Source: Dehalococcoidia bacterium
GTDB lineage: Bacteria; Chloroflexota; Dehalococcoidia; UBA2979
Length of the DNA: 64,000 nucleotides
Direction of reading: 5' to 3'
Assembly (NCBI GenBank): GCA_963667515.2
Contig: CAXXXY010000007.1
Location: forward strand, 137,393-201,392
In this document: in pieces, positions 46,653 through 55,563 of the stretch
How positions within the stretch are numbered: the stretch's first letter is position 1
How the letters are laid out: each line of letters opens with the position of its first letter
Position numbers and translations under genes: made by a program
The notes under the pieces: model-generated
Told to the model about the DNA's origin: nothing
The model's database searches: none
What the model saw: only the letters and a program-made list of their open reading frames with translations

Positions 46653-47285
46653 ATGGCGGTTCGCGACGCCTCTGACTATCCGCTCCGCTACTCGATCGAC
46701 TACCCCGAAGAGGGGCTGAGCCGGCTCACGACGGCGTTTCGCCTGATCTGGCTCATCCCGATCGTCATCATCGTGTCGCTCGTGAGCACCGGCGGGTTCG
46801 GCCGCCCGCCGGTCTTCGCCGCGTTTCTCGGTGGCACTGGCGGCGTCCTGTTTCTCGCGCCGCTGCTGATGATCCTTTTCCGCCAGAAGTACCCGCGCTG
46901 GTGGTTCGATTGGAACGTCGAGGTGCTTCGCTTCCAGTCCCGCGTCGGTGCCTACATGGTGCTGCTCACGGACCGCTACCCCTCCACCGACGAGGAGCAG
47001 GCGATCCACATCGAGGTCGACTACCCGGACGTGGAGCGCGACCTCAATCGCTGGCTGCCGCTGGTGAAGTGGCTGCTCGTGATCCCGCACTTTATCGTGC
47101 TGATCCTGCTCGGGGTGGTCGTGATGTTCGCGGTGATCGGCGCCTGGTTCGCGATCCTGTTCACCGGGCACTACCCGCGGGGCCTCTTCAACTTCGTGGT
47201 CGGGGTGGGCCGGTGGGGGCTGCGGGTCCAGGGCTACGCCGCGTTGCTGGTCACGAACCGCTACCCGCCGTTTTCGCTGCAGTAG
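46653..47285 (+). CDS. DUF4389-like double-repeat membrane protein (intact paralogue)
   Basis: Internal duplication, each half having a YP..R(W/L) block followed by TM helices and ..F(R/T)..YPR... Ends NRYPPFSLQ. Confidence 0.65.
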   Translation: MAVRDASDYPLRYSIDYPEEGLSRLTTAFRLIWLIPIVIIVSLVSTGGFGRPPVFAAFLGGTGGVLFLAPLLMILFRQKYPRWWFDWNVEVLRFQSRVGAYMVLLTDRYPSTDEEQAIHIEVDYPDVERDLNRWLPLVKWLLVIPHFIVLILLGVVVMFAVIGAWFAILFTGHYPRGLFNFVVGVGRWGLRVQGYAALLVTNRYPPFSLQ

Positions 47286-47389
47286 GCAGGGCTCCGCCGC
47301 GCTCGAGGGCTCGCGCTCCGGGGAGATAGCAGCGAGTCGCCAGCCCTCGACGCGGCCGCTCGTCAGCGCTGCTTCCACCGTCTCGCTTC

Positions 47390-47426
47390 GAGGAGCGGCA
47401 GCCCCCGGATGCAACGGAACGTTGCC
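47390..47426 (+). repeat. 37-nt dispersed repeat unit, locus 2
   Basis: GAGGAGCGGCAGCCCCCGGATGCAACGGAACGTTGCC. The hairpin GCAACG-GAA-CGTTGC carries compensatory changes relative to the other copies. Confidence 0.8.
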
Positions 47427-47427
47427 C

Positions 47428-48147
47428 CTAGGGTCGAGCGGAACGCTCGCGGGGCGGGGTGCCTTCCTGCCAGGCGCCGCCGTCGGGGCCCCACTCGCGC
47501 TTCCAGATCGGCGCCGTCTCCTTCACCCGGTCGACGAGGCGGGCGGCGGCGCGGAACGCCTCCGCACGGTGGGCCGCGGAAACGGCCGCGACGATCGCGG
47601 GGTCGCCAACCGCGAGCTCGCCAACGCGGTGGTGCACCGCGATGCGGTGCAGCGGGTGGCCGTCGGCCTCCGCCTCGGCGCGCACCTCCTCGATCACGCG
47701 CGCGATCTCACGCTCGGCCATCTCGGCGTACGCCTCGTACTCCAGCCGCTCGACGGCGCGCCCCTCGTGGTGGTCGCGCACCACGCCCTCGAAGAGCACG
47801 ACCGCGCCCGAGGCGTCGGTGCGCACGAGATCGCGCAGCGCCCGCGCGTCGAGCGGCTCGCCGGTGACGAGCACGGCGGGCGGCTCGTTCGGCGGCTCGG
47901 CGCCACCCGCGACCGGCGTGATCAGCGCCACGCGGTCGCCGTCGCGGAGCGGCGGGGCGTCGGCATGCGCGTACTCCTCGTTGACCGCGATCGCGACGCG
48001 CTCGAGGTGCGGGCGCAGCGCCGGGTGGCGCTCGGCGAGGCGCTCGCGCAGATCCGCGAGCGACACGGAGTCGCCCGCGAACTCCTCGACGAGCTCGTCG
48101 CCCGCGAGCTCGCGCAGCGCGGCGAAGAGCCGGATCGTGACGCGCAT
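47428..48147 (-). CDS. MoaD-MoaE fusion (molybdopterin synthase small and large subunits in one ORF)
   Basis: MRVTIRLFAALRELAGD..DGDRVALITPVAGG (MoaD with internal GG) followed by GAVVLFEGVVRDHHEGRAVERLEYEAYAEMAEREI..HRVGELAVGD..PIWKRE (MoaE). Confidence 0.85.
   Translation of the reverse strand: MRVTIRLFAALRELAGDELVEEFAGDSVSLADLRERLAERHPALRPHLERVAIAVNEEYAHADAPPLRDGDRVALITPVAGGAEPPNEPPAVLVTGEPLDARALRDLVRTDASGAVVLFEGVVRDHHEGRAVERLEYEAYAEMAEREIARVIEEVRAEAEADGHPLHRIAVHHRVGELAVGDPAIVAAVSAAHRAEAFRAAARLVDRVKETAPIWKREWGPDGGAWQEGTPPRERSARP
47435..47449. repeat. Isolated hairpin module CGAGCG-GAA-CGCTCG of the repeat family
   Basis: Same GAA loop and CG closing pairs. The outer stem covaries. Overlaps the last codons of the MoaD-MoaE gene on the minus strand. 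Confidence 0.65.
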
Positions 48148-48239
48148 GCGGCTCGCCTTCCCCACCCCGCGTCCAGTATAGGAGTGGCGATCGGCGCGGC
48201 CTCGGGGCGCCACGCATCGACGCGAGTGAGGGAGGGGAC

Positions 48240-48898
48240 GTGCGGCAGCTGCTGCGCAGGCCGGCGCGTTGCCCGCTTCGCCGACCGGCGCCTCTCTCGC
48301 GGGGCCACGCCCCGGCTGCCCGCGCCGCGCCCCCGCGCTGCGAGCGCTGCTGGGCGCCGCTCGCGTCCGCCGGCGGCACCGCGATCTGCGCGCGCCGTTC
48401 CTCTTCGACGGCGCGGCGCGCCGCGCGCTGCTGGAGGCGAAGTTCGCGGGCGTCTCCGCGCTGCGCGCGCCGCTGGCGCGGGAGGCGGCGGCGCTGGTGC
48501 CGGCCGCGTGGGCGCCCCAGGCGGTGGCGGCGATCCCGCTGCACCCCGCGCGGCAGCGTCGGCGCGGCTACAACCAGGCGGCGCTCGCAGCGGCCGAGGT
48601 GGCGCGCGTGCTGGACGTGCCGGCGACCCCGACGCTGCTGCGCCGCGTCCGCGCCACCGCCGCGCAGGCGCGCCTCCACCGCGAGGAGCGCATCGAGAAC
48701 GTGCGCGGCGCGTTCACACTCGATGGCACCGTCGAAGGCGCCGCGGCACGAGGCGCGGCCGGAGGTGCCGTCCCTCGTGCGGTGCTGCTGGTCGACGACG
48801 TGAGCACGACCGGCGCCACGCTGGGCGCCGCCGCCGCGGCGCTGCGCGCGGCCGGCGCGCGGCGGGTCTGGGCGCTGGCGCTCGGGCGCGAAGACTAG
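48240..48898 (+). CDS. ComF-family phosphoribosyltransferase, possible frame break near 48385-48395
   Basis: PRTase loop VLLVDDVSTTGATL and RGYNQAA are in the frame of nt 48269. A zinc-finger-like PPRCERCWAPLASAGGTAIC lies upstream in the frame of nt 48240. Confidence 0.65.
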
Positions 48899-48933
48899 GG
48901 TGACTCCCTCGGGGGATTCCACGGGGCGACTAG

Positions 48934-49990
48934 GTGTACTACCCAGGAATGTTGTTCACAGGCGGGAGGCGGGGACGGCCCCGCCGACGCCGCCGTGCGG
49001 TCGGCGGTGATTGTAGCGGTAGAGCCAGCGTGGGAGCTGGCGCAGCCGCTCGGCGTTGGAGCGGTAGGGGCGGGCGTAGGCCCACTCGTTCTGCAGGATC
49101 TGGATGAAACGCTCGGCTTTGCCGTTCGTCTGCGGGCGGTAGGGCCGCGTGTGCGACAGCCGCACGTCTGCGGCAGCGGCGGCGCCGTGGAAGCTGCGGG
49201 CGACGGTGTAGGCCTTCGCGTTGTCGGTCAGGACCGGCGCACGCGCACGCGCACGCCACGCCGGCGGAAGGCCGCGAGCGCCTGCTCGAGGAAGGCGGCG
49301 CAGCTCGCGCCACGCTCGTCGGGCAGGACGGAGACGTAGGCGTAACGGCTGTGGTCGTCGACGGCGACGTGTAGGTACTCCAGCCCCAGCGAACGCCGCG
49401 AATGCGGCCCGGAGCGCGTCTCGGCGAAGCCAGGCGCCATTCGCTTGCCGCCGCCCTCGGGGACGCGCCCGAGCTTCTTCACGTCGAGATGCAGCAGGTC
49501 GCCGGGGGCGTCGTGCTCGTAGCGGACCGGCTCCCGGGTGACGCGGTGCAGGCGGTCGAGCCGGTTGAGGCCGCGGCGCCGCAGCACGGCGTAGACCGTG
49601 GAGCGGGCGACCCCGAGCGCCCACTGGATGCGATGCGGCCCGAATCCCTGCGTGCGTCGCACGGCGCAGATGCGTCGCTCCAGCTCGGGCGGCGTGCGCC
49701 GGGGATGCGCGCGCGGGGCGGAGCTGCGGTCCTCGAGCCCTGCCGCTCCCTCCGCCCGGAAGCGCCCCAGCCACTTGGCAACGGTGTGGCGGGAGACGCG
49801 GAAGTGGCGAGCGACCTCAGCCTGGGGCCAGCCGGCGTCCACTTCCCGCACGAGCTCGAGTCGGGTCAGCGGCGTCAGCCGCGCGTTACGATGGGCCATG
49901 AGGGTGTCCTCTCCTCGCTACTGCCGTGCTGTCACACACAGCAGCGGGCGAGGCCCCTCATCCTGTCAACAACCTACGTGGGAACTACAA
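48934..49990 (-). mobile_element. IS481-family insertion sequence, copy 5, degenerate (1057 bp)
   Basis: Both terminal bases changed (GTGTAC.. and ..CTACAA instead of CTGTAC.. and ..CTACAG). One IR mismatch (GGAATGTT). Internal -1 (CCC to CC) plus +6 (GCGCAC x3 at 49237-49254). CTAG flanks at 48930-48933 and 49991-49994. Confidence 0.9.
48956..49899 (-). pseudogene. Frameshifted IS481-family transposase
   Basis: Split into ORFs 49228-49899 and 48956-49774 by the net +5-bp indel near 49232-49254. Confidence 0.88.
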
Positions 49991-50099
49991 CTAGTGGGCG
50001 CGCGCCGCTAGTGCCTCAGCGGCGCGCTTCCTACAATCGATGCTGCGCTCACCGCCGAGCCGCGGGCCCAGCTCGCGCCGACGGGGCGGCGGAGGCGCC

Positions 50100-51057
50100 G
50101 TGATCATCACCGTGACGCTCAACCCGGCGATCGATCAGACGATCGAGATCGAGGGCCTGCGGATCGGCGACACCAACCGCGTGCTCGCGAACCGCTGGGA
50201 CATCGGCGGCAAGGGCATCAACGTCGCGCGCGCTCTCAAGGAGCTCGGCTACGAGCCGCTGGCGGCCGGCTTCGCCCCCGGCGCGCTGGGGCGGATGATC
50301 GAGGACCAGCTCTTCGACTCCGGCATCGGCTGCGAGTTCGTCTCCGTGCCCGGAGAGACGCGCACCAACATCACCATCCTCGATCGCGGCAGCCACGCGC
50401 ACACCGCGCTCGCGGCGCCTGGCCCCCCCGTCACGCCCGACGCCAGCCGCGCGCTAAGCACGCGGCTCGCGCGGCGGCTGCGGCCGGGGAGCTGGCTCGT
50501 GCTGGCGGGCTCGGTGCCGCCGCCGGGCGAGCCGACGCTCTACGCCGAGCTCGTCGAGCTCGCGGCGCGGCACGAGTGCTTCACCGCGCTCGACGCCGAC
50601 GGCCCCGTGGTGCAGCGGCTGCTGGAGCTGGGCGCGCGCCCCACGCTGCTGAAGATCAACGAGCAGGAGCTCGAGCGGCTGATGGGCGCGCCGATGCGCA
50701 GCGAGGAGGCGGTGCGCGCCGCCGCCGAGTGGCTGCAGGGCCGCGGGGATGCGCGACGTGGTGGTCACGCGCGGCGCGGCCGGGGCCGTCGCGGTGACGG
50801 CCGAGGGGCGCTTCCGCGTGCTGCCGCCGCAGGTCGAGGTGATCTCCGCTCTGGGCGCGGGCGACGGCTTCCTCGCGGGGCTGCTGCTGGGGCTCGTGCG
50901 CACGGGCGACTGGCGCTACGCGCTGCGCCTCGCCGCCGCGTGCTGCGCCGCCGTCTGCTGCGCCAGCGGCCCCGCCTGCCGCGACGTGCAGGTGCAGGCG
51001 CTGCTCGCGGGCGCCGGAGTCGAGGCACTGGGCGTGCCCGCCGCGGCGCTTCCGTAG
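50100..51057 (+). pseudogene. PfkB-family sugar kinase (1-phosphofructokinase/tagatose-6-P kinase type) with a one-base frame break
   Basis: VIITVTLNPAIDQT..DIGGKGINVARAL is in the frame of nt 50100. RDVVVTRGAAGAV..SALGAGDGFLAGLL is in the frame of nt 50749. The switch falls in a GGGG run at about 50745-50748. Confidence 0.8.
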
Positions 51058-51116
51058 GGCGCTAGCGGAGCGCCGACGCCGCGCGACCGTGACGCGGCGG
51101 GGATGAGGGGGGTGCG

Positions 51117-52430
51117 ATGACCGCGAGCCAGGGCTCCGCAGCGGCGCAGGGCTCCTCCGCGCCCGAGGGCGCCGCGCTGCGCGAGCCGTCGCTGGCGCAG
51201 GCCGACCCGGATGTCGCCGCCGCGATCGGCCGCGAGGAGGAGCGGCAGCGCACGACGCTGGAGATGATCGCCTCGGAGAACTTCACCTCGGCCGCGGTGA
51301 TCGAGGCGGTGGGCACCGTGCTCACCAACAAGTACGCCGAGGGATACCCCGGCGCCCGCTACTACGGCGGCTGCGAGTTCGTCGACGAGGTGGAGACACT
51401 CGCGCGTGACCGTGCCACCACGCTGTTCGGCATGGAGCACGCCAACGTGCAGCCGCACTCAGGGGCGCAGGCGAACCTCGCGGTCTACCAGGGGCTGCTC
51501 ACGCCCGGCGACCCGGTGCTGGGCATGGCGCTCGACCAGGGCGGGCACCTGACGCACGGCCACCGCGTCAACGCCTCCGGCAAGCTCTACGCCTTCGGCT
51601 CCTACGGCGTCGACCGCGAGAGCGAGACGATCGACTACGAGGCGATGCTGGAGACCGCGAAGGAGCTGCGCCCGAAGCTGGTCGTGGTCGGCGCCACCGC
51701 CTACCCGCGCATCATCGACTTCGCGCGGGCGCGCGCCGTCGCCGACGAGGTGGGCGCGCTGCTGATGGCGGACATGGCACACATCGCGGGCCTCGTCGCG
51801 GGCGGCGTGCACCCCTCGCCCGCGGGCCACGCACACGTGCTCACCAGCTCCACGCACAAGACGCTGCGCGGCCCGCGCGGCGGGCTGATCCTCTGCGACC
51901 AGGCGCTCGCGAGGAAGATCGATCGCGGCGTCTTCCCGGGGCACCAGGGCGGCCCGCTGATGCACGTCGTCGCGGGCAAGGCGGTGGCGCTGCGCGAGGC
52001 CGCGACGCCGCAGTTCGCCGCCTACCAGCGGCAGACCGCCGAGAACGCGCAGACGCTCGCCGAGACGCTGACGGAGGCGGGGCTGCGCCTCGTCTCGGGC
52101 GGGACGGACAACCACCTGCTGCTCGTCGACGTGCGGCCCAAGGGGCTCACGGGGCAGGCGGCCGAGGCGGCGCTGGACCGCTGCGGCATCATCGTGAACA
52201 AGAACGCCATCCCCTACGACGAGCTGCCCCCCGCCGTCGCCTCGGGCGTGCGCATGGGGACGCCGGCGCTGACCTCGCGCGGGCTCGGCCCGACCGAGAT
52301 GCGGCAGGTCGGCGCGCTCATCGTGCAGGTGCTGGAGGCGCCGACCGACGAGGCGCTCGCCGCCCGCGTCCGCGACGATGTGCGCGCGCTCTGCGCCGCC
52401 CACCCCGCGCCGGGGCTGCCGCCCGCCTAG
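51117..52430 (+). CDS. glyA: Serine hydroxymethyltransferase
   Basis: [40 protein letters not shown]. Confidence 0.93.
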   Translation: MTASQGSAAAQGSSAPEGAALREPSLAQADPDVAAAIGREEERQRTTLEMIASENFTSAAVIEAVGTVLTNKYAEGYPGARYYGGCEFVDEVETLARDRATTLFGMEHANVQPHSGAQANLAVYQGLLTPGDPVLGMALDQGGHLTHGHRVNASGKLYAFGSYGVDRESETIDYEAMLETAKELRPKLVVVGATAYPRIIDFARARAVADEVGALLMADMAHIAGLVAGGVHPSPAGHAHVLTSSTHKTLRGPRGGLILCDQALARKIDRGVFPGHQGGPLMHVVAGKAVALREAATPQFAAYQRQTAENAQTLAETLTEAGLRLVSGGTDNHLLLVDVRPKGLTGQAAEAALDRCGIIVNKNAIPYDELPPAVASGVRMGTPALTSRGLGPTEMRQVGALIVQVLEAPTDEALAARVRDDVRALCAAHPAPGLPPA

Positions 52431-52604
52431 CGCCCCGCCCCCGTCCCTCGACGCGGGCGCGGCCCTCGGCCTGCCAGCGCGTTGCGGTGCGCCGCCCGCC
52501 GGGGGCATGATGCGGGCCACCCGCGGCGGGGGAGCCCTCGATCGTGGCGCGAAGCGGACTCGACGGCGGCGGGCGGCGCCCGCGCATCCCCACGGAGGAT
52601 TGCC

Positions 52605-53831
52605 ATGGACTGGAACGACACGACGGAGCAGGCGGCGTTTCGCGCCGAGGTCCGCGACCTCGTCGAGGAGAAGGTGCCGACCCGCTACCGCGAGATGGCG
52701 AAGCACAACCATCGCGAGATGGGCTACCCCTGGCCGCAGGACCGCGCCTCGGGCGAGCCGCATCGCGTGGAGGCCGCCGCCGAGTGGTTCGAGGCGGTCT
52801 CGGAGAAGGGCTGGATCGCGCCGCACTGGCCCAAGGAGTTCGGCGGCGGGGGCTTCAGCCCCATGGAGCAGTACATCTACAACGCCGAGCTGGCGACGGC
52901 CAACGTCCCCGCGCCCGGCTCGAACGTGGGCATCGGCATGCTCGGCCCGGCGCTGATCGTGCACGGCACCGACGAGCAGAAGAAGCAGTTCCTGCCGCCG
53001 ATCCTCAAGGGCGAGGTGGTGTGGTCGCAGGGCTTCTCCGAGCCCAGCGCCGGCTCGGACCTCGCGGCGCTGCAGACGCGTGCCGTCCGCGACGGCGACG
53101 AGTACGTGGTGAATGGCCAGAAGATTTGGACCAGCCATGCGCACTACGCGGACTGGGTGTTGCTGCTCGCGCGCACCGACCCGGAGGCGCCGAAGCACCG
53201 CGGCATCTCGTTCCTGTTGCTGGACATCCGCTCGCCCGGCGTCTCGGTGCGGCCGATCATCGACATGGCCTGGGGCCACGAGGTGAACGAGACCTTCTAC
53301 GAGGACGTGCACGTCCCCGCCGACCAGATGGTGGGCGAGGAGAACCGCGGCTGGTACGTCGCGATGACGCTCCTGGACAACGAGCGCTCTAACGTGACCG
53401 GCGCGATCATGATGGACCGGCAAATCCAACGCCTTTTGGAGGATGTGAACGGCGCGGGTTCGGCCCGCTCGCGCGTCGACCGCTACGATGCGCTGCGGCA
53501 GGAGATCGCCGAGCGATACGTCGAGACCGGCGTGATGATGAACTTCTCGCTGCGGATCATCACGATCCAGGCGGCCGGCCAGGTGCCGAACTACGAGGCC
53601 TCGGTCGCGAAGATGTTCGGCTCGGAGGCCGCGCAGCGCATCCACCGCACGGGGATGAAGGCGTTCGGCCTGTACGCGAATCTCTGGGACCCGCACGGCG
53701 ATCACGCGCCGATGGAAGCCGCGTTCACCCACGGCTACGTGCGCTCCGTTCCCGGCACGATCGCCGCGGGCAGCTCGGAGATCCAGCGCAATGTGATCGC
53801 CACGCGCGGCCTCGGCCTCCCCCGCGGCTAG
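52605..53831 (+). CDS. Acyl-CoA dehydrogenase family protein
   Basis: WSQGFSEPSAGSDLAAL, GQKIWTSHA, GSSEIQRNVIATRGLGLP. GGAGGA precedes ATG 52605. Confidence 0.85.
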   Translation: MDWNDTTEQAAFRAEVRDLVEEKVPTRYREMAKHNHREMGYPWPQDRASGEPHRVEAAAEWFEAVSEKGWIAPHWPKEFGGGGFSPMEQYIYNAELATANVPAPGSNVGIGMLGPALIVHGTDEQKKQFLPPILKGEVVWSQGFSEPSAGSDLAALQTRAVRDGDEYVVNGQKIWTSHAHYADWVLLLARTDPEAPKHRGISFLLLDIRSPGVSVRPIIDMAWGHEVNETFYEDVHVPADQMVGEENRGWYVAMTLLDNERSNVTGAIMMDRQIQRLLEDVNGAGSARSRVDRYDALRQEIAERYVETGVMMNFSLRIITIQAAGQVPNYEASVAKMFGSEAAQRIHRTGMKAFGLYANLWDPHGDHAPMEAAFTHGYVRSVPGTIAAGSSEIQRNVIATRGLGLPRG

Positions 53832-53868
53832 CCAGCGTTCCGCTGGACTCGAGGGGCTTCCGCTTCTG
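53831..53868 (-). repeat. 38-nt dispersed repeat unit (reverse), locus 3 left
   Basis: Reverse complement CAGAAGCGGAAGCCCCTCGAGTCCAGCGGAACGCTGGC. Starts at the last base of the acyl-CoA dehydrogenase stop (CTAG 53828-53831). Confidence 0.8.
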
Positions 53869-54044
53869 CCAAGGGGTCGATCTAGCTCGGGCGTCCGCCG
53901 CAGGGCCAGAGGGCTCGCGGGGCGCTGATCCGATCGGCGAGCGCCGATCCGAGCGCGCAATCGCGGCGAGCAGCCTACCGTGCCTCGACGGCGTGATGCC
54001 CCCGGCCCGCCAGCCGCCGCGCCCGAGCCCGAGCGCCGCCCCAG

Positions 54045-54081
54045 CAGGAGCGGAGCCCCTCGAGTGCAGCGGAACGCTGCC
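54045..54081 (+). repeat. 37-nt dispersed repeat unit (forward), locus 3 right
   Basis: CAGGAGCGGAGCCCCTCGAGTGCAGCGGAACGCTGCC. Forms an inverted pair with 53831-53868, with a 176-bp spacer. Confidence 0.8.
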
Positions 54082-54091
54082 GGCAGCGCCT

Positions 54092-54112
54092 GGAGTCCAG
54101 CGGAACGCTGGC
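54092..54112 (+). repeat. Partial third repeat copy (GGAGTCCAGCGGAACGCTGGC), locus 3
   Basis: The hairpin CCAGCG-GAA-CGCTGG is identical to the left copy. Lies 6 nt upstream of the rpsF -35 box. Confidence 0.7.
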
Positions 54113-54117
54113 TGGCG

Positions 54118-54147
54118 TTGACCGGGGGGGAGGGGGGGTCCTAGACT
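54118..54147 (+). promoter_or_regulatory. Sigma-70-type promoter (TTGACC-N18-TAGACT) for rpsF-ssb-rpsR
   Basis: -35 at 54118-54123. The spacer is GGGGGGGAGGGGGGGTCC. -10 at 54142-54147. Confidence 0.5.
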
Positions 54148-54319
54148 TGGGCCGAGCGCCGCGGGCGTCTGGATCTGCGCCGTGTGCCTGCCCGGCTGCT
54201 GCGTAGCGGCGCCGGGCAGTAGTGTGTCGGGGAGCAGTGTCCGGGGCACCGTGTTGGGCGGCGTGGGCGCCGGGCCGTATCGCGACGGCCGTGAGACGCC
54301 CGCCGTACGGGGAGAGTGC

Positions 54320-54982
54320 GTGAACGACTACGAGCTGGTGTACGTCCTGAGCCCGCGCCTCTCCTCCGACGAGGGAGAGCGGGCTTCGAAGTGGGTCGAG
54401 GGGCTCATTGGCGAGAGCGGCGGCGAGCTGCTCTCCACGGACGTGTGGGGGCGGCGCCGGCTCGCCTACCCGATCAAGCACCAGTTCGAAGGCACCTACG
54501 TCTACAGCACCTTCCGGCTCGACCCGTCCGCGACCGTCCGCATCGAGTCGCAGCTCGGGCTGTCGGAGGACGTGCTGCGGCACCTCATCATTCGCGGCAT
54601 CGTCGAGGGCGGGAAGCCCGAGGCGCAGTCCGCGCGGCTGATGGCGTCGAGCCGGCCGGCCGTCGCGCCGCCCCCGCCGCCGCCCGTCGCGGCAGCGGAG
54701 GTGACGACCGACGAGGCAGCGGGCGAGGCACCTGTCGAGGCGCCCGCGGAGGCCGCCGCCGAGGACGCGCCGTCCCCGCCGGAAGCGAGCGCGAGCGAGG
54801 CGACCGACGCCGCGCCGAGCGAGGCAGCGCCAGAGGCCGAGGCAGCGCCTGAGACCGAGGCAGCGCCAGAGATCGAGGCGGCAGCTGAGATCGAGGCAAC
54901 GCCAGAGGTCGAGGCAACGCCGGAGGTCGAGGTCGCCGGCGAGTCGACGCCTGCGGAGCCGGAGCCGGCGCGCGCGGAGTAG
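54320..54982 (+). CDS. rpsF: 30S ribosomal protein S6 with long repetitive acidic tail
   Basis: YELVYVLSPRLSSDE..WGRRRLAYPIKHQFEGTYV. GGAGAG precedes GTG 54320. About 120 extra C-terminal residues. Confidence 0.85.
   Translation: MNDYELVYVLSPRLSSDEGERASKWVEGLIGESGGELLSTDVWGRRRLAYPIKHQFEGTYVYSTFRLDPSATVRIESQLGLSEDVLRHLIIRGIVEGGKPEAQSARLMASSRPAVAPPPPPPVAAAEVTTDEAAGEAPVEAPAEAAAEDAPSPPEASASEATDAAPSEAAPEAEAAPETEAAPEIEAAAEIEATPEVEATPEVEVAGESTPAEPEPARAE
54821..54928 (+). repeat. 6 x 18-bp in-frame tandem repeat (EAAPEA-type hexapeptides) in the S6 tail
   Basis: GAGGCAGCGCCAGAGGCC and five variants, encoding EAAPEA EAAPET EAAPEI EAAAEI EATPEV EATPEV. Confidence 0.9.
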
Positions 54983-55043
54983 GAGCGGTCCGGGAGCGCC
55001 CGCCGGGCGCAGCGAGCCAGAGTCTCCCTACGGGACACCCACG

Positions 55044-55487
55044 ATGCTGAACAAGTGCATGATCATCGGGAACCTCGGGGCCGACCCCGAGATGCGCTAC
55101 ACCGCGAACGGGACGCCGGTCACGACGTTTCGCGTCGCGACCTCGCGCCAGTACGGCGGCTCGGACGGGGAGCGGCACGAGGAGACGGAGTGGTTCTCCG
55201 TCGTCACGTGGGCGCGGCTCGCCGAGACCTGCAGCCAGTACCTCTCCAAGGGGCGGCAGGTGTTCGTGGAGGGGCGGATGCAGACCCGCTCCTGGGAGGG
55301 CCAGGACGGCCAGAAGCGCTACCGGACGGAGCTGATCGCGGACACCGTGAAGTTCCTCGGCGGTCGCGAGGGGCGCGACGGCGGCGGTGCCGGCGCGGCG
55401 CAAGAGAGCTTCGGTGGCAACGCGCAGGGGGTGCCGGTGGGCAGCGACGCCGACGGCGACGTCGACCCGGACGACCTGCCCTTCTAA
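55044..55487 (+). CDS. ssb: Single-stranded DNA-binding protein
   Basis: MLNKCMIIGNLGADPEMRYTANG..TEWFSVVTW OB fold. Acidic tip DDLPF. The only TAA stop seen in the window. Confidence 0.92.
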   Translation: MLNKCMIIGNLGADPEMRYTANGTPVTTFRVATSRQYGGSDGERHEETEWFSVVTWARLAETCSQYLSKGRQVFVEGRMQTRSWEGQDGQKRYRTELIADTVKFLGGREGRDGGGAGAAQESFGGNAQGVPVGSDADGDVDPDDLPF

Positions 55488-55563
55488 GTCACCTGTCGGC
55501 GGGGGCGGGGCTGTGCCCCGCGCGGGGAGCGGCGGGCGGGTGCTCGGCGCGTGCCCCACGAGG

